64,000 nucleotides of DNA from an uncultured Gammaproteobacteria bacterium (GCA_964521295.1 CAZFRF010000001.1:270146-334145), one strand, 5' to 3'. Numbered from the stretch's first letter, positions 31,860 to 42,439 are shown. A program made the numbers and translations. Notes: generated by a model from the sequence alone, not told the origin.

Positions 31860-32204
31860 TTATTTCTTTTCTTCGGTTTTTTTAGCCTTAGACTCTCCAC
31901 CAATTTTTTCAATTTGTACTTTTGTTAAAGATGCCCTAAAGCCTGTTGTTCTTCTAAATCTAACCTTTGCTTTATACTTAGAAACTCTAATCTTATCTCC
32001 TTTTAGATGTTCGAGAATATTAGCTTCAACTGTTTCGCCAGGTACAAAAGGTTTTCCCACTTTTACGTTTGAATCATTAACTACAAGCAATACCTCATTA
32101 AAGGATACTATACCTTTTTCCTCAGACAATCTATCAACTAATATAGTGTCTCCTTCAGAGACTCTATATTGTTTCCCACCAGTTTTTATTACAGCGTATT
32201 GCAT
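31860..32204 (-). CDS. rplU: 50S ribosomal protein L21
   Basis: YAVIKTGGKQYRV, VGKPFV. Confidence 0.98.
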   Translation of the reverse strand: MQYAVIKTGGKQYRVSEGDTILVDRLSEEKGIVSFNEVLLVVNDSNVKVGKPFVPGETVEANILEHLKGDKIRVSKYKAKVRFRRTTGFRASLTKVQIEKIGGESKAKKTEEKK

Positions 32205-32227
32205 AGAAGCTAATTATAGCAAATATT

Positions 32228-33310
32228 TTAGCCAATTTCTAGAACTTTATCATCTTTTGCTGATTTCCTTATTGAATTTAAAAATCCTAAGAAAATAAAG
32301 TTAGATAAAAGCGAACTTCCCCCATATGAAACGAAGGGTAATGTGACTCCAACAATTGGTAAAATACCAACATTCATGCCTACATTAACAAAAAATTGAA
32401 TTAGAAAAACAAAAAATGTAATCACACAGAATATCTTACAAAATTTATCATTCGAATCAGAATAGATCTGAAACATTCTATACAAAATAATTATAAAGCA
32501 ACTAAAAATAATCAGAACACCAATAAATCCTAATTGCTCTGAGATAGTAGCAAATATAAAATCAGTTTGTCTTTCTGGTAGAAACCTAAGACTAGATTGG
32601 GTACCTTGACCTATGCCTTGACCCATCAACATACCACTCCCTACGGCAATAATCGACTGAATAACATTGTATGACGTTCCTAGGGGGTCAAGCGATGGAT
32701 TAATAAAGGTTAATATTCTTTGCCTTTGATAATCATGTAAAAATTCCCAAATAATTGGAAACGAGATGATAAGAGGGGAAAATATTATACCAAAGTACTT
32801 TAATGAATAACCCATATAAACCAACGTCAAAAGCACAATAAGACCGTAAATAATTGCATTTCCTAAATCAGGCTGGAAAAAGATTAGAAACCAAATTGGA
32901 GTCAGTAATCCAAAAACGCTTAAAAAGCTTGAAAAATTAAGCGATTTAAGATTAGCAAGATATGCAGCCAGACTTATACTTAAAAAGGGCTTAACAACTT
33001 CAGAAAATTGTAACCTAAATCCCAAAAACTCCACCCACCTCACTGCTCCCCTACTTTCGATACCAACTATAAGAACTAATACTAAAATAATCAATGAAGC
33101 AATATAAATAGGCTTAGCATATATATTTAAAATCTTATAATTTACCTGCGATACGATAATAAAAATTATAAATGAGGCTAAAAATAAAAAGAATTGCCCT
33201 TTGAAAAAATTAAAATTTAACGAAAATAGAGTTACTAAACTAAGTAAAATTAATACAAGTACGGGAATAACAATAAACCAATCAATTTCCTTAAATAGGA
33301 GCTTATTCAT
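32228..33310 (-). CDS. rodA: SEDS family peptidoglycan glycosyltransferase RodA
   Basis: GAVRW, QPDLG, YQRQRI, FLPERQTDFIF, LPFVSYGGSS. A separate ftsW lies in the dcw cluster. Confidence 0.9.
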   Translation of the reverse strand: MNKLLFKEIDWFIVIPVLVLILLSLVTLFSLNFNFFKGQFFLFLASFIIFIIVSQVNYKILNIYAKPIYIASLIILVLVLIVGIESRGAVRWVEFLGFRLQFSEVVKPFLSISLAAYLANLKSLNFSSFLSVFGLLTPIWFLIFFQPDLGNAIIYGLIVLLTLVYMGYSLKYFGIIFSPLIISFPIIWEFLHDYQRQRILTFINPSLDPLGTSYNVIQSIIAVGSGMLMGQGIGQGTQSSLRFLPERQTDFIFATISEQLGFIGVLIIFSCFIIILYRMFQIYSDSNDKFCKIFCVITFFVFLIQFFVNVGMNVGILPIVGVTLPFVSYGGSSLLSNFIFLGFLNSIRKSAKDDKVLEIG

Positions 33311-36113
33311 CTTTAGTTACTAAAAATTTATCGCCCTGTACGATCTTACTAATTAAAGCTCTTTTTTTAATATACTCCTCGTGCTCAATTGGCCAGAAAG
33401 GCATTGTAACTATTACCTTCTCCTCTTGATTTGTCTTTAAGTTTTTTCTTTCTTCTTGGATCTTTCGAATAATGTCTCTTGCCAGTCCAAAATTAAGGTC
33501 TAAATTATTATCGCTAGTTTCTGCTTCAACTAAGTATTCTGCGGTCTTTTTACCAAAACTTAACTCATATACATTAATCTCTGCCTTTAGAACCTCTAAT
33601 ACTTCTTCGTTTATTTCAGATGGTCCGTTGTATTTCATTTGCCTAATTGGAATTCTTACTTTAATTTCGGCATTTTTTCTTAATGCATGAGCAACTTCTG
33701 CCACTTTTCTTGCTCTTTCCATTTCCATTTCGAGCTCATCGTTTATTAAATCTAGTGAAAATTTAGGAAAATCTTGTAAATGAACGGATTCTTCATTAGT
33801 TAAATTCATAAACATATCTTCTGTCAAAAAAGGCGCAATTGGAGCCAAAACCAAACAAATATTCTTTAATACGAAATGTGCAGTATTATAAAAATCCTCT
33901 TTATCCTTTAAGTTATCTGCTGCTGGACCAACTCTATCTCTACTTCTTCTTATATACCAATTTGAAAAATTACCTACAAAATTATTAATCAGCTCAATAG
34001 CCTGTACGGTATCATAGTTATCCAAAGATTCTGTAACATTTTTAATCAACCTATTTGTTAATGAAATAATCCATTTATCTAAAATGTTTTCAGAAGCCTT
34101 GTAGTCATTTTTTACTTCATATTTATCAACTAAAGCATAGGTAATAAAGAAATTATAAGTATTCCAGAGAACAAGCATTAAGCCTTTAATTTGATTTCTA
34201 TAATTTTCTTCGGAAATAATAATATCTTCACCTTTCATAACCGGACTTCCCATCAAATACAGTCTTAAGGCGTCACCACCAAATCTTTCCAATAAATCTT
34301 TTGGATCTGGATAATTTCCATAGTTTTTGCTCATTTTTCTTCCATCAGTTCCTAGAATAACTCCTTCAACTGCGACATTTTTAAAAGCTATACTGTCATT
34401 CAAAACTGCTCCAATTACATGTAATACATAAAACCAAGCCCTGATCTGACCAGTATATTCTGCAATAAAATCTGGAGGGAAAAAGTCTTCCAATTTTTCA
34501 GACTTCACAAAGGGGAAATGTCTTTCTGCGAAAGATGCACTTCCAGCCTCAATCCAGCTATCTAAAACTTCTGGAACTCTTGAAACTTTTTTACCACATT
34601 TTTTACAAGTAACAAAAACATTATCTATAAATGGTTTATGTAAATCTATAATTTTTTGACCAGATTCCTGTTCTAATTCCGCGATTGACCCTGGCACAAA
34701 TCTTTCTCCACACTCGCATTCCCAAACAGGCACAGGACTTCCCCAGTATCTACTCCTAGATATATTCCAATCGGGTGCTGTTTCGATTGATTTAGCAAAT
34801 CTTCCTTTCTTAAAATGAGCAGGATACCAATTAACTTGTTCGTTTGTTTGCAAAAGCTTGTCCTTAATATCCTGAATATTGACGTACCATGCATTTTGAG
34901 GATTGAAAAAGAGTCGAGTATGACATCTCCAACAATGAGCAACTGAATGAGTAATATCTTCTGATTTATATAATAAATTTCTCTTTTCTAAATCTTCATT
35001 TACAAATTTATTGGCCTTTAAGTAATACATGCCACCAAACAATGGCACGTTTCCAACAACTGTACCTTCATCGTCCAAATGAACAACTATTTGAATATTT
35101 TTCTCTTTCATTATTTTTAAATCTTCCTCTCCATAAGCTGCAAGAGTTACTACTCCAGTTCCCTCATCTGCGGTAACAAAATCTCCACCAATAACAATAA
35201 AGGCTTTCTTACCCTCTTCAATCTGATAATAATCATAATGAGGAATAAATTCTAATCCTTCTAATTTTTCACCTGTAAATTCTTCAATGATTTCATATGG
35301 TGAATTTTTAAGCATCTGCAGTGTCGTTTTTGCCAAGATATATTTTTCACCATCTTGAATAATTTTTACGTAAATTAATTTTGGATTAACCGCTAACGCA
35401 GGCGTAACAATTTTTGTCCATGGAGTAGTAGACCATGCAAGCAAATATGTTCCCTTTTCATTTTTTAATTCATACTTATATGTATCTCCTGGCTCAGTTA
35501 CGTCTTTGTAGTTTTCAGCATCCATAGCAACTTCAAAATTGGAAATTGGAGTTGAGCAATGCGGGCAAAAAAGTGAAACTCTTAAACCCTTATAAATCGC
35601 TCCTTTATCATACATTTGCTTAAACACCCACATAACGGATTCCATATAATCCATATTCCAAGTCTTATATGCGTGCTCGAAATCGACCCAACGACCAATT
35701 CTATCTATATACCATTCCCACTCAGCTGATACCTCATTAACATAGGTTTTACATTCTTCAATGAACTTATCGACACCAACTACTTCCTCTATATCTTTCT
35801 TTCTTTTTATCTCCAATTTATTTTCAACCTTATTCTCTATTGGCAAACCATGACCGTCCCATCCCCAGACTCTTCTTACCCTATAACCCTTCATTGTCCA
35901 ATATCTACCGAATAAATCTTTAGGCAGAGACGAAAGCAAAGTTCCATAATGAGGATTTCCTGTTATAAAAGGAGGACCATCGAGAAATGTCCACTTCTTT
36001 TCTTCAGGTCTTGAGCTTATAGATTTTTCAAAGATATTATTCTCTTTCCAATATTTACTAATCTTAGCTTCTAATTCTGGAAAATTTACCTGTGGAGTTA
36101 CTGGTTTAAACAT
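33303..36113 (-). CDS. ileS: Isoleucyl-tRNA synthetase (type 2-like)
   Basis: DGPPF, HYGT, GWDGHGLP, TTPWT, DWNISRSRYWG, RAWFY, KMSKN. Confidence 0.95.
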   Translation of the reverse strand: MFKPVTPQVNFPELEAKISKYWKENNIFEKSISSRPEEKKWTFLDGPPFITGNPHYGTLLSSLPKDLFGRYWTMKGYRVRRVWGWDGHGLPIENKVENKLEIKRKKDIEEVVGVDKFIEECKTYVNEVSAEWEWYIDRIGRWVDFEHAYKTWNMDYMESVMWVFKQMYDKGAIYKGLRVSLFCPHCSTPISNFEVAMDAENYKDVTEPGDTYKYELKNEKGTYLLAWSTTPWTKIVTPALAVNPKLIYVKIIQDGEKYILAKTTLQMLKNSPYEIIEEFTGEKLEGLEFIPHYDYYQIEEGKKAFIVIGGDFVTADEGTGVVTLAAYGEEDLKIMKEKNIQIVVHLDDEGTVVGNVPLFGGMYYLKANKFVNEDLEKRNLLYKSEDITHSVAHCWRCHTRLFFNPQNAWYVNIQDIKDKLLQTNEQVNWYPAHFKKGRFAKSIETAPDWNISRSRYWGSPVPVWECECGERFVPGSIAELEQESGQKIIDLHKPFIDNVFVTCKKCGKKVSRVPEVLDSWIEAGSASFAERHFPFVKSEKLEDFFPPDFIAEYTGQIRAWFYVLHVIGAVLNDSIAFKNVAVEGVILGTDGRKMSKNYGNYPDPKDLLERFGGDALRLYLMGSPVMKGEDIIISEENYRNQIKGLMLVLWNTYNFFITYALVDKYEVKNDYKASENILDKWIISLTNRLIKNVTESLDNYDTVQAIELINNFVGNFSNWYIRRSRDRVGPAADNLKDKEDFYNTAHFVLKNICLVLAPIAPFLTEDMFMNLTNEESVHLQDFPKFSLDLINDELEMEMERARKVAEVAHALRKNAEIKVRIPIRQMKYNGPSEINEEVLEVLKAEINVYELSFGKKTAEYLVEAETSDNNLDLNFGLARDIIRKIQEERKNLKTNQEEKVIVTMPFWPIEHEEYIKKRALISKIVQGDKFLVTKDE

Positions 36114-36120
36114 AACACTA

Positions 36121-36149
36121 ATTTTAGCTTATATTGTGCTTACGTTCAA
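36121..36149 (-). promoter_or_regulatory. Promoter for ileS
   Basis: TTGAAC-17 nt-TAAAAT, 7 nt before ATG. Confidence 0.7.
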
Positions 36150-36189
36150 CACTAATTTAAGTAATTAAAAACATCTGGTAATAGCATGC

Positions 36190-36717
36190 CTATGGCATCT
36201 GATTTCTATGTATGGGAACAAAGAATGCATTTTCTGGTGGTTTATAAATAAAAATTGCTTCAGGATGTGGATTTTCTTCGGTAGGTGTATCTAAATGCAC
36301 TATACTTGGATCACCAGAAGCCTTGTCCCATTCATAATCCAAAAACTTCAAACCGTTTTTATTCACTTCTACAGCAACATAATGACCAATATTTCCCCTA
36401 TACCTTAAGCTCCTCCCGTTAGCAAATACTGCCAATTTTTGATCTTGAGGTAAACAATCTGCTGTATAAACCTCAATTGGTTCAAATTGTGCAGATAATG
36501 GAAAACTTATCATTCTTGCCTTTCGAGTTGGAACAGCCTCACCTGGTTGTAATACAAAAAAACCGGTTCGTAAGGGACTTTCTTCATCTAATCTGTAATT
36601 TTGCATCATTACAGTCTCGACCAAAGAAACCTGAGGACCTTTTATTGTTCTTAGCTGCATTCCCGGCCAGACTTGATTAATTGGTAATATTCTTGATTCG
36701 TTATCGGGTGAACGCAT
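36190..36717 (-). CDS. Hypothetical protein (possibly cupin-like)
   Basis: Start moved to ATG 36717 because the track's TTG start is the -35 box. GFFVLQPGEAVP resembles a cupin strand. Confidence 0.65.
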   Translation of the reverse strand: MRSPDNESRILPINQVWPGMQLRTIKGPQVSLVETVMMQNYRLDEESPLRTGFFVLQPGEAVPTRKARMISFPLSAQFEPIEVYTADCLPQDQKLAVFANGRSLRYRGNIGHYVAVEVNKNGLKFLDYEWDKASGDPSIVHLDTPTEENPHPEAIFIYKPPENAFFVPIHRNQMP

Positions 36718-36727
36718 ATTCAAGCAG

Positions 36728-36756
36728 ATAGTAACATTGACATTTAGATCTGTCAA
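36728..36756 (-). promoter_or_regulatory. Promoter for orphan ORF
   Basis: TTGACA-17 nt-TGtTACTAT (extended -10), 10 nt before ATG 36717. Confidence 0.7.
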
Positions 36757-36768
36757 TTAAAATACATA

Positions 36769-39393
36769 TCAATGATCTATAGAAGGAAATTTATTTGCAG
36801 ACATATTTAAATTTCCCACTTCAGTCCATAATGACAAATCCAATACGCCTGAGCCTTGAGTATCCTCTGGGTAATTCAAGTTTTTAGTTAAACTTTTTAT
36901 TTTATTTTTTAATTGTTCCACAGTCATATCTGGATAAACTTGCTTAAGCAAAGCAATTGCTCCTGCTACATGAGGGGTGGCCATACTCGTACCACTCCAG
37001 GAAGTATATGCTTTATATGTATCATTACAACTTGGGTCAGTAACTATAATGGATTTTGCAGAACAAATATCTACACCCGGTGCTAAAATATCAGGCTTAT
37101 GAATGACTTCATTGTTCCAATTAACTGGACCAGTAGAGCTAAAATTTGCAATTTTTAAACTTTTATTAACAGCCCCAACTGTCAAAGCTTTTGTCGCTAC
37201 TCCGGGAGAGCGTATTGTTGCAGGCCTAGGCCCCTCATTACCAGCAGCTACCACTGAAATTATTCCCGCATCAGCCGCATTATTTAAGACAATTGACTGA
37301 GGGTCGCCAGGCCCACAATCAGCAGTGTAATTACGTTCACAATCAGCTCCTAGGCTTAAATTTACGACGTCAATATTATTCGTTGGATCAGAATCCATTC
37401 TTGTTGCAATGGCTACATCATATGCAGCTATTAATTCAACTTCTGAACCAGTTCCCGAATAGTCTAAAACTTTATAAGAAATAATATTTGCACCTGGAGC
37501 AACGCCTTTCAATATCCCATTCCCTGCAACGATATTGGCAACATGTGTTCCATGACCATGATCATCTAAAGCATCATAATTACCACTTATAAAGTTATAT
37601 CCTCCAACCACTTTTGAATTATAAACATTTGGCAAAGCATAGTTTTCGTTTGGATCATAAACTAAACAAGATATTTTAAATTTTTCTGTGCTAGAATCAG
37701 AAAAACAAAATCTATTTCCCAAAACCTCAATAATACTTCCGCTGGTAAAAATAGACATTTTTTCATATGTTTTTTTTATAAAGTTATAGGCATAAATTCG
37801 GTTATCAACTGCTCTTGAATAAAATACTGCATTTAACCCTAATTTAGCAGCGTATCGATCCCTTGAATCTACCCAATAATTTGACTGGATACCAAATTTA
37901 TTCTTACTAGAATCAGCATAATTATTAGGAGAAATAAAGGTTTCTTGTTTTGTTTTTAAATCAAATAGATAATATGATCCTGAATTATCTTCTTGATCAC
38001 GACATGTGGATTGGTATAAAAGCTTATCATTTTTATAATCTTGTAGATTACCCATGTGCGGGGGGTTAATCTCTCGCTTTTGACCTGTATCTATATTTTG
38101 AATAAATATTTTTCTAACCTTACACCACTCATCTGAATCATTACTCACGGAATAGGCAATTTGCCTATCTTTATTGCTCGCAAAATAACCTGCGTAATTC
38201 TTATTACTAAATTTTGCTAAAGTTTTTTGTGTACCATTTTTTAAATGATAGGTCATTAAATTCATTCCTTCATTCTTACGCGTTGTAGGATCAAAATAAA
38301 TTAAAGTGTTATCATCGATAGCAAAATCCAGTAAAAGCGAAAAATTTCCCTTATCTGCTCTTAAGTTATTTATTTTTTTTATTTTTTTTGTATCAAAGTT
38401 ATATGCAAATAAACCTGCATTATTGTTATCTGCCGCAAAATAGACAAGATATGCATTAGTTGCCTGGACTTTATAAATTAATGGATTATTTAAACCCGGT
38501 GTATGTAATTTAATTACTGATTTATTTTTATTAGCAAATATATATTGAGTAACCTGATCTATACCACTAATATAAATTACGGATTTTGAATTTAAAGCAA
38601 ACACCTGATCAGTTAAACCATTGTAATCTCTATGCTTAATAGCCTTATCTAAATCGAAGTTTGCCGGGACCACAAAATTCCTTTCTGTAATTGGTGAACT
38701 ACCTAATCCAAGATGAGTATAATCAACGCCAGTATCCATAACTGCAACATTTATTCCTGAACCATCAATATTTTTATTATTAAGATCTTTATATGTCCAA
38801 ATTTTATCTGCTCCTATTAAAGGTACTGATGCATATAAACTGGCTTTTATTTCAATATTTTTATATACACCAGATACCTGAGGCAGTGTTTTTAATAATT
38901 GTGCTTCAGAATCAGAAATATCTAATGCAAAACCATTTAATGCATAAGAATATTCTTTGATAATATTCAACGTATTGTTTTCAGATGGACTTGTGCGCAA
39001 CATGTCTGCATTAACATTTCTTGCACTTTTTTTGTTTAATATTCTTAATGCCAACGTTTTAAAAGATTCTCTATCTGCTTTTAAAGTAACTTGATTTAAT
39101 TTTTTCTTTACATCTACTGAATTATTTAAATTTCTTAAAACAACTATATATCCTGTTGACTTTTGATTACCCAAAGCAGCAGAGTTTGTCGATAAACCTG
39201 ATGAGGCATTTTGCTTAATACTTTGCGTATTTCGTAAAGAAAGAACTGTTATTGGAATTGCCAAAACTATAACTAAAACTGCTAGTAATTTAAAAGATTT
39301 GAAATTAATTAGTTTTCTGAAGTTTATTTTTTTCTGCTGGTTTATATTATCAGTTTGTTCAAAAGATAAATTCGTATTTAAGTTTTGGTCCAC
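36769..39393 (-). CDS. Secreted/anchored S8 subtilisin-family protease with I9 prodomain and inserted beta-propeller
   Basis: TM/signal LAIPITV, prodomain ALNGFA, catalytic triad MDTG / HGHGTHVA / SGTSMATPHVAG, oxyanion AAGN. Confidence 0.93.
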   Translation of the reverse strand: MDQNLNTNLSFEQTDNINQQKKINFRKLINFKSFKLLAVLVIVLAIPITVLSLRNTQSIKQNASSGLSTNSAALGNQKSTGYIVVLRNLNNSVDVKKKLNQVTLKADRESFKTLALRILNKKSARNVNADMLRTSPSENNTLNIIKEYSYALNGFALDISDSEAQLLKTLPQVSGVYKNIEIKASLYASVPLIGADKIWTYKDLNNKNIDGSGINVAVMDTGVDYTHLGLGSSPITERNFVVPANFDLDKAIKHRDYNGLTDQVFALNSKSVIYISGIDQVTQYIFANKNKSVIKLHTPGLNNPLIYKVQATNAYLVYFAADNNNAGLFAYNFDTKKIKKINNLRADKGNFSLLLDFAIDDNTLIYFDPTTRKNEGMNLMTYHLKNGTQKTLAKFSNKNYAGYFASNKDRQIAYSVSNDSDEWCKVRKIFIQNIDTGQKREINPPHMGNLQDYKNDKLLYQSTCRDQEDNSGSYYLFDLKTKQETFISPNNYADSSKNKFGIQSNYWVDSRDRYAAKLGLNAVFYSRAVDNRIYAYNFIKKTYEKMSIFTSGSIIEVLGNRFCFSDSSTEKFKISCLVYDPNENYALPNVYNSKVVGGYNFISGNYDALDDHGHGTHVANIVAGNGILKGVAPGANIISYKVLDYSGTGSEVELIAAYDVAIATRMDSDPTNNIDVVNLSLGADCERNYTADCGPGDPQSIVLNNAADAGIISVVAAGNEGPRPATIRSPGVATKALTVGAVNKSLKIANFSSTGPVNWNNEVIHKPDILAPGVDICSAKSIIVTDPSCNDTYKAYTSWSGTSMATPHVAGAIALLKQVYPDMTVEQLKNKIKSLTKNLNYPEDTQGSGVLDLSLWTEVGNLNMSANKFPSIDH

Positions 39394-39399
39394 AGAACA

Positions 39400-39428
39400 A
39401 TAGTATTAATAAATTTAAAACCTGTCAA
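39400..39428 (-). promoter_or_regulatory. Promoter for S8 protease
   Basis: TTGACA-17 nt-TACTAT, 6 nt before GTG. The -35 box overlaps the dus stop codon. Confidence 0.75.
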
Positions 39429-40381
39429 TCAGCTATATATCTATTTATTATTTCTTTCATTTCCAAAACATTCTTAGCTCTGTTAACTTTTTCTCTCAAA
39501 GTACTGGAATCTGGAAAATTGTTAACCCACATTTTACTGAAGCGTTTTAAACTATCTGGATTCTTATCTTTCTGCCAAGTTTCCAAAAATAAATCAATAT
39601 GCTTAAGATATAGAATAAGTCTATCTTTGGCAGAAATTTTATTTAAATCTACATCCTTATTAAATACCCAAGGATTAGTAAAAATACCTCTTCCTACCAT
39701 ATAACCATCTGCTTTAGATATTTCATATTTTTCTAAAATCTCTGAATATGATTTAATATCACCGTTACCAATAACTACTGTTTGCGGTGCAATATTATTC
39801 CTTAAGTTGGTAATTTTAGGCATTTCTTCCCAATGCGCATCAACTCTAGACATCTCCTCGACTGTACGTAGATGAACTGTTAATGCAGATAAATTTTGTT
39901 CGAGTAAGAATCCTATCCAATCTTCAATTGCAATCTCTTTAAAGCCTATTCTAGTCTTAACGCTTACTGGAAGCCTACTTCCCTCTTTAGTTGCCTGAAT
40001 GATTTCTGCCGCTAGCTCATGATTATTTATGAGTGCTGAACATGCTCCCTTTTTAATTACTGTATCTATTGGACAACCCATATTTAAATCAATTCCATCA
40101 AACCCTAACTCTTTACAATATTTACCAGTATTATAAAAATCCTCAGGCTTAGTTCCCCAAATTTGAGCAACTATTGGTTTTTGTCTTTGTGTGAATTTAA
40201 ATGACCTTCCAACCTTAGCCCTACCTTTTGACATTATTCCACCTGTACTCACAAATTCAGTGAAAAACACATCCGGCTTACCAAGATCTGCAATTATTTC
40301 CCTAAAAACTACATCAGTAACTCCCTCCATTGGAGCAAGTACGGTAAATGGCTTAGGCAAATTTTGCCAAAATGATTTCAT
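39425..40381 (-). CDS. dus: tRNA-dihydrouridine synthase
   Basis: LAPMEGVTD, DLNMGCP, SVKTRIG, TVHLRT, GNGDI, MVGRG. Confidence 0.95.
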   Translation of the reverse strand: MKSFWQNLPKPFTVLAPMEGVTDVVFREIIADLGKPDVFFTEFVSTGGIMSKGRAKVGRSFKFTQRQKPIVAQIWGTKPEDFYNTGKYCKELGFDGIDLNMGCPIDTVIKKGACSALINNHELAAEIIQATKEGSRLPVSVKTRIGFKEIAIEDWIGFLLEQNLSALTVHLRTVEEMSRVDAHWEEMPKITNLRNNIAPQTVVIGNGDIKSYSEILEKYEISKADGYMVGRGIFTNPWVFNKDVDLNKISAKDRLILYLKHIDLFLETWQKDKNPDSLKRFSKMWVNNFPDSSTLREKVNRAKNVLEMKEIINRYIAD

Positions 40382-40399
40382 AGGAGAATATTATACCAG

Positions 40400-40729
40400 T
40401 TACCTATTTCGAGGAATACCTAATGCTCTCATTCTTTGATGAGCTCTTTCCATACAACTGGTGTGCTTTACATATCCATTACTTACACTTTCCCTCCATG
40501 AATCTGGACTACCTGTCACATTTACAGGTATTGATCTCACTCTTTCTAAAAGCCGAACCTGGACTGTATCAACTAATGAAACTGGGTCTGGCTCTTGATC
40601 TACAGGTGCACATAAAGCTTCAAAAGGAACAATTGGAGGAACTTCTTCAACTCGCTCGCCAAGCGTAAAGTAATGCTGAAGACTTTGCCTACTTCCAACC
40701 TCAGCAGATTCTATGTAAGAAGATCTCAT
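40400..40729 (-). CDS. Hypothetical protein
   Basis: 109-aa ORF filling the gap; TTGACC-17 nt-TATATT promoter at 40739-40767. Confidence 0.6.
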   Translation of the reverse strand: MRSSYIESAEVGSRQSLQHYFTLGERVEEVPPIVPFEALCAPVDQEPDPVSLVDTVQVRLLERVRSIPVNVTGSPDSWRESVSNGYVKHTSCMERAHQRMRALGIPRNR

Positions 40730-40819
40730 TTCCTAAAAAATATATATTGTTTAAGGTTTTAGGTCAATAGGTATTTTACATGTTCTTGAATTTTTCCCAA
40801 CCTATGTTATTCTTAAATT

Positions 40820-42436
40820 GTGACCAGAAAGGTTTTATTTTCCTTAATAGGAATATTTATTCTCTCACTTGCTTTAAGACTTTTTAGCTTAAACACCGTC
40901 CCATTCGGCTTACACACCGACGAATTATTTGCTGGTTATGTTGGTAAATATCTACTACTTCATGGACAAGATATTTATGGAAATGTTCTTCCCTTGTATA
41001 TAAATAAATTTGGAGATTTCCGACCGGTTGGCATATTTTTGTTATCAGGATTATCAGTAACACTTTTCGGGGCAAATGAATTCGCCATAAGACTACCTAC
41101 CGCTTTAATTGGAGCCTTGTCTATTTTTCCTTTATTTCTTGTTACTAAACAACTATTTAATAATGAAAAAATTGGGTTAGTCTCCGCACTAGTTTTAGGA
41201 CTTTTGCCTTGGCATATTATTCTATCCAGAACTACTTCTGAAGCGGTAATTGGAATTTTTATAATTCTTTGTGCGCTTTATTTTATGCTTTTATTTACAA
41301 AAAGTGGCAAAATAAAATTCATATTTATTGCAATTATACTGGGTCTAACCACTTATCTTTTCTATCATTCATTTAGAATTATTCTTCCACTTCTATTTTT
41401 ACCTTTATTTTTAATGGTTGAAGGCAAAAAACTTAAACAAATCGCCCTAATTTCTTTTACCATCATTGCAGGAATAACGTTTTTGGCTATTTCTACCAAA
41501 GAAGGATCAGGCAGGCTTAATCAAGTTGTATTTTATAAAAATACTATTCCTTTAAACACAATAGAATTTTTAAATAATGGCGAAGGAAATAATAATGTCC
41601 TACTTGCAAGAATATTTCATAATAAACCAATAATTTATGGGAGATATTTTATAAACCAGTACTTATCATATTTTTCTCCTGATTTCCTGTTTAACAATAA
41701 AGGTCTTCCAACACGCTATGCACTTCCTGAGCAAGGAGCGTTATATTATATCTTTGCCCCATTGCTCGTTTTAGCATTAATATTTTTCCATAAATATCCA
41801 AACAAAAACAAGAACGCGTGGATAGTATTTTATCTTTTAGCAATTTCCATACTACCTGCTGCTGTAACTTATGAAGATACTCCTAACTTATCTAGATCTG
41901 CTGTTATGATTATTCCTTTAGCTATATTAGCTGCCTTTGGCTTAGTTGCTGCATATGAAAATATAAAAAATAACAATTTCAGAAAAATATTTATTACTCT
42001 TTTTAGTGTCATCTTAATAATTGAAACAATCTATTTTTGGCATATGTACATAGTACATGAGAAAACATATTTTCCTTTTTATAGAAATGAAACAAACAGG
42101 GCTTTAATAAATTATGTAAAAGAAAATAAAGATAAATATCAAGAAATTTACATGCCTTCGACAGATGATCTACCAGTCTATTTCCTTTTTTATACTAATA
42201 ATTTTAATAAACTTGATAAATCGACAATTCACCAAATGGAATCAGGAGGGAAATTTTACGGTATTAATTTCATCAGTAATTTTTGCTTAAATAGCGTAGT
42301 TGACAAGCATAAGACTTCAGGACTCAAAAATTCACTTGTAATTGTTAATGGGCAATGTGATGATTTAGGTTTCCCTAGAAAAGCTGAACTAAATAGACAA
42401 GACGCAACAACTGCATTTAAAATCTTCGAATTTTAA
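40820..42436 (+). CDS. ArnT/PMT-like (family 39) membrane glycosyltransferase
   Basis: PFGLHTDE, D..G..LP, EFAIRLP, PWHIILSR, YLSYFSPDFLF. Confidence 0.85.
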   Translation: MTRKVLFSLIGIFILSLALRLFSLNTVPFGLHTDELFAGYVGKYLLLHGQDIYGNVLPLYINKFGDFRPVGIFLLSGLSVTLFGANEFAIRLPTALIGALSIFPLFLVTKQLFNNEKIGLVSALVLGLLPWHIILSRTTSEAVIGIFIILCALYFMLLFTKSGKIKFIFIAIILGLTTYLFYHSFRIILPLLFLPLFLMVEGKKLKQIALISFTIIAGITFLAISTKEGSGRLNQVVFYKNTIPLNTIEFLNNGEGNNNVLLARIFHNKPIIYGRYFINQYLSYFSPDFLFNNKGLPTRYALPEQGALYYIFAPLLVLALIFFHKYPNKNKNAWIVFYLLAISILPAAVTYEDTPNLSRSAVMIIPLAILAAFGLVAAYENIKNNNFRKIFITLFSVILIIETIYFWHMYIVHEKTYFPFYRNETNRALINYVKENKDKYQEIYMPSTDDLPVYFLFYTNNFNKLDKSTIHQMESGGKFYGINFISNFCLNSVVDKHKTSGLKNSLVIVNGQCDDLGFPRKAELNRQDATTAFKIFEF

Positions 42437-42439
42437 GTA

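Noticed and set aside
37618-38700. Intein in the S8 protease (insert starts with Ser, ends Asn, followed by Ser)
   Set aside because: No block A or block B (TxxH) motif, no penultimate His and no LAGLIDADG; the insert shows beta-propeller repeats instead.
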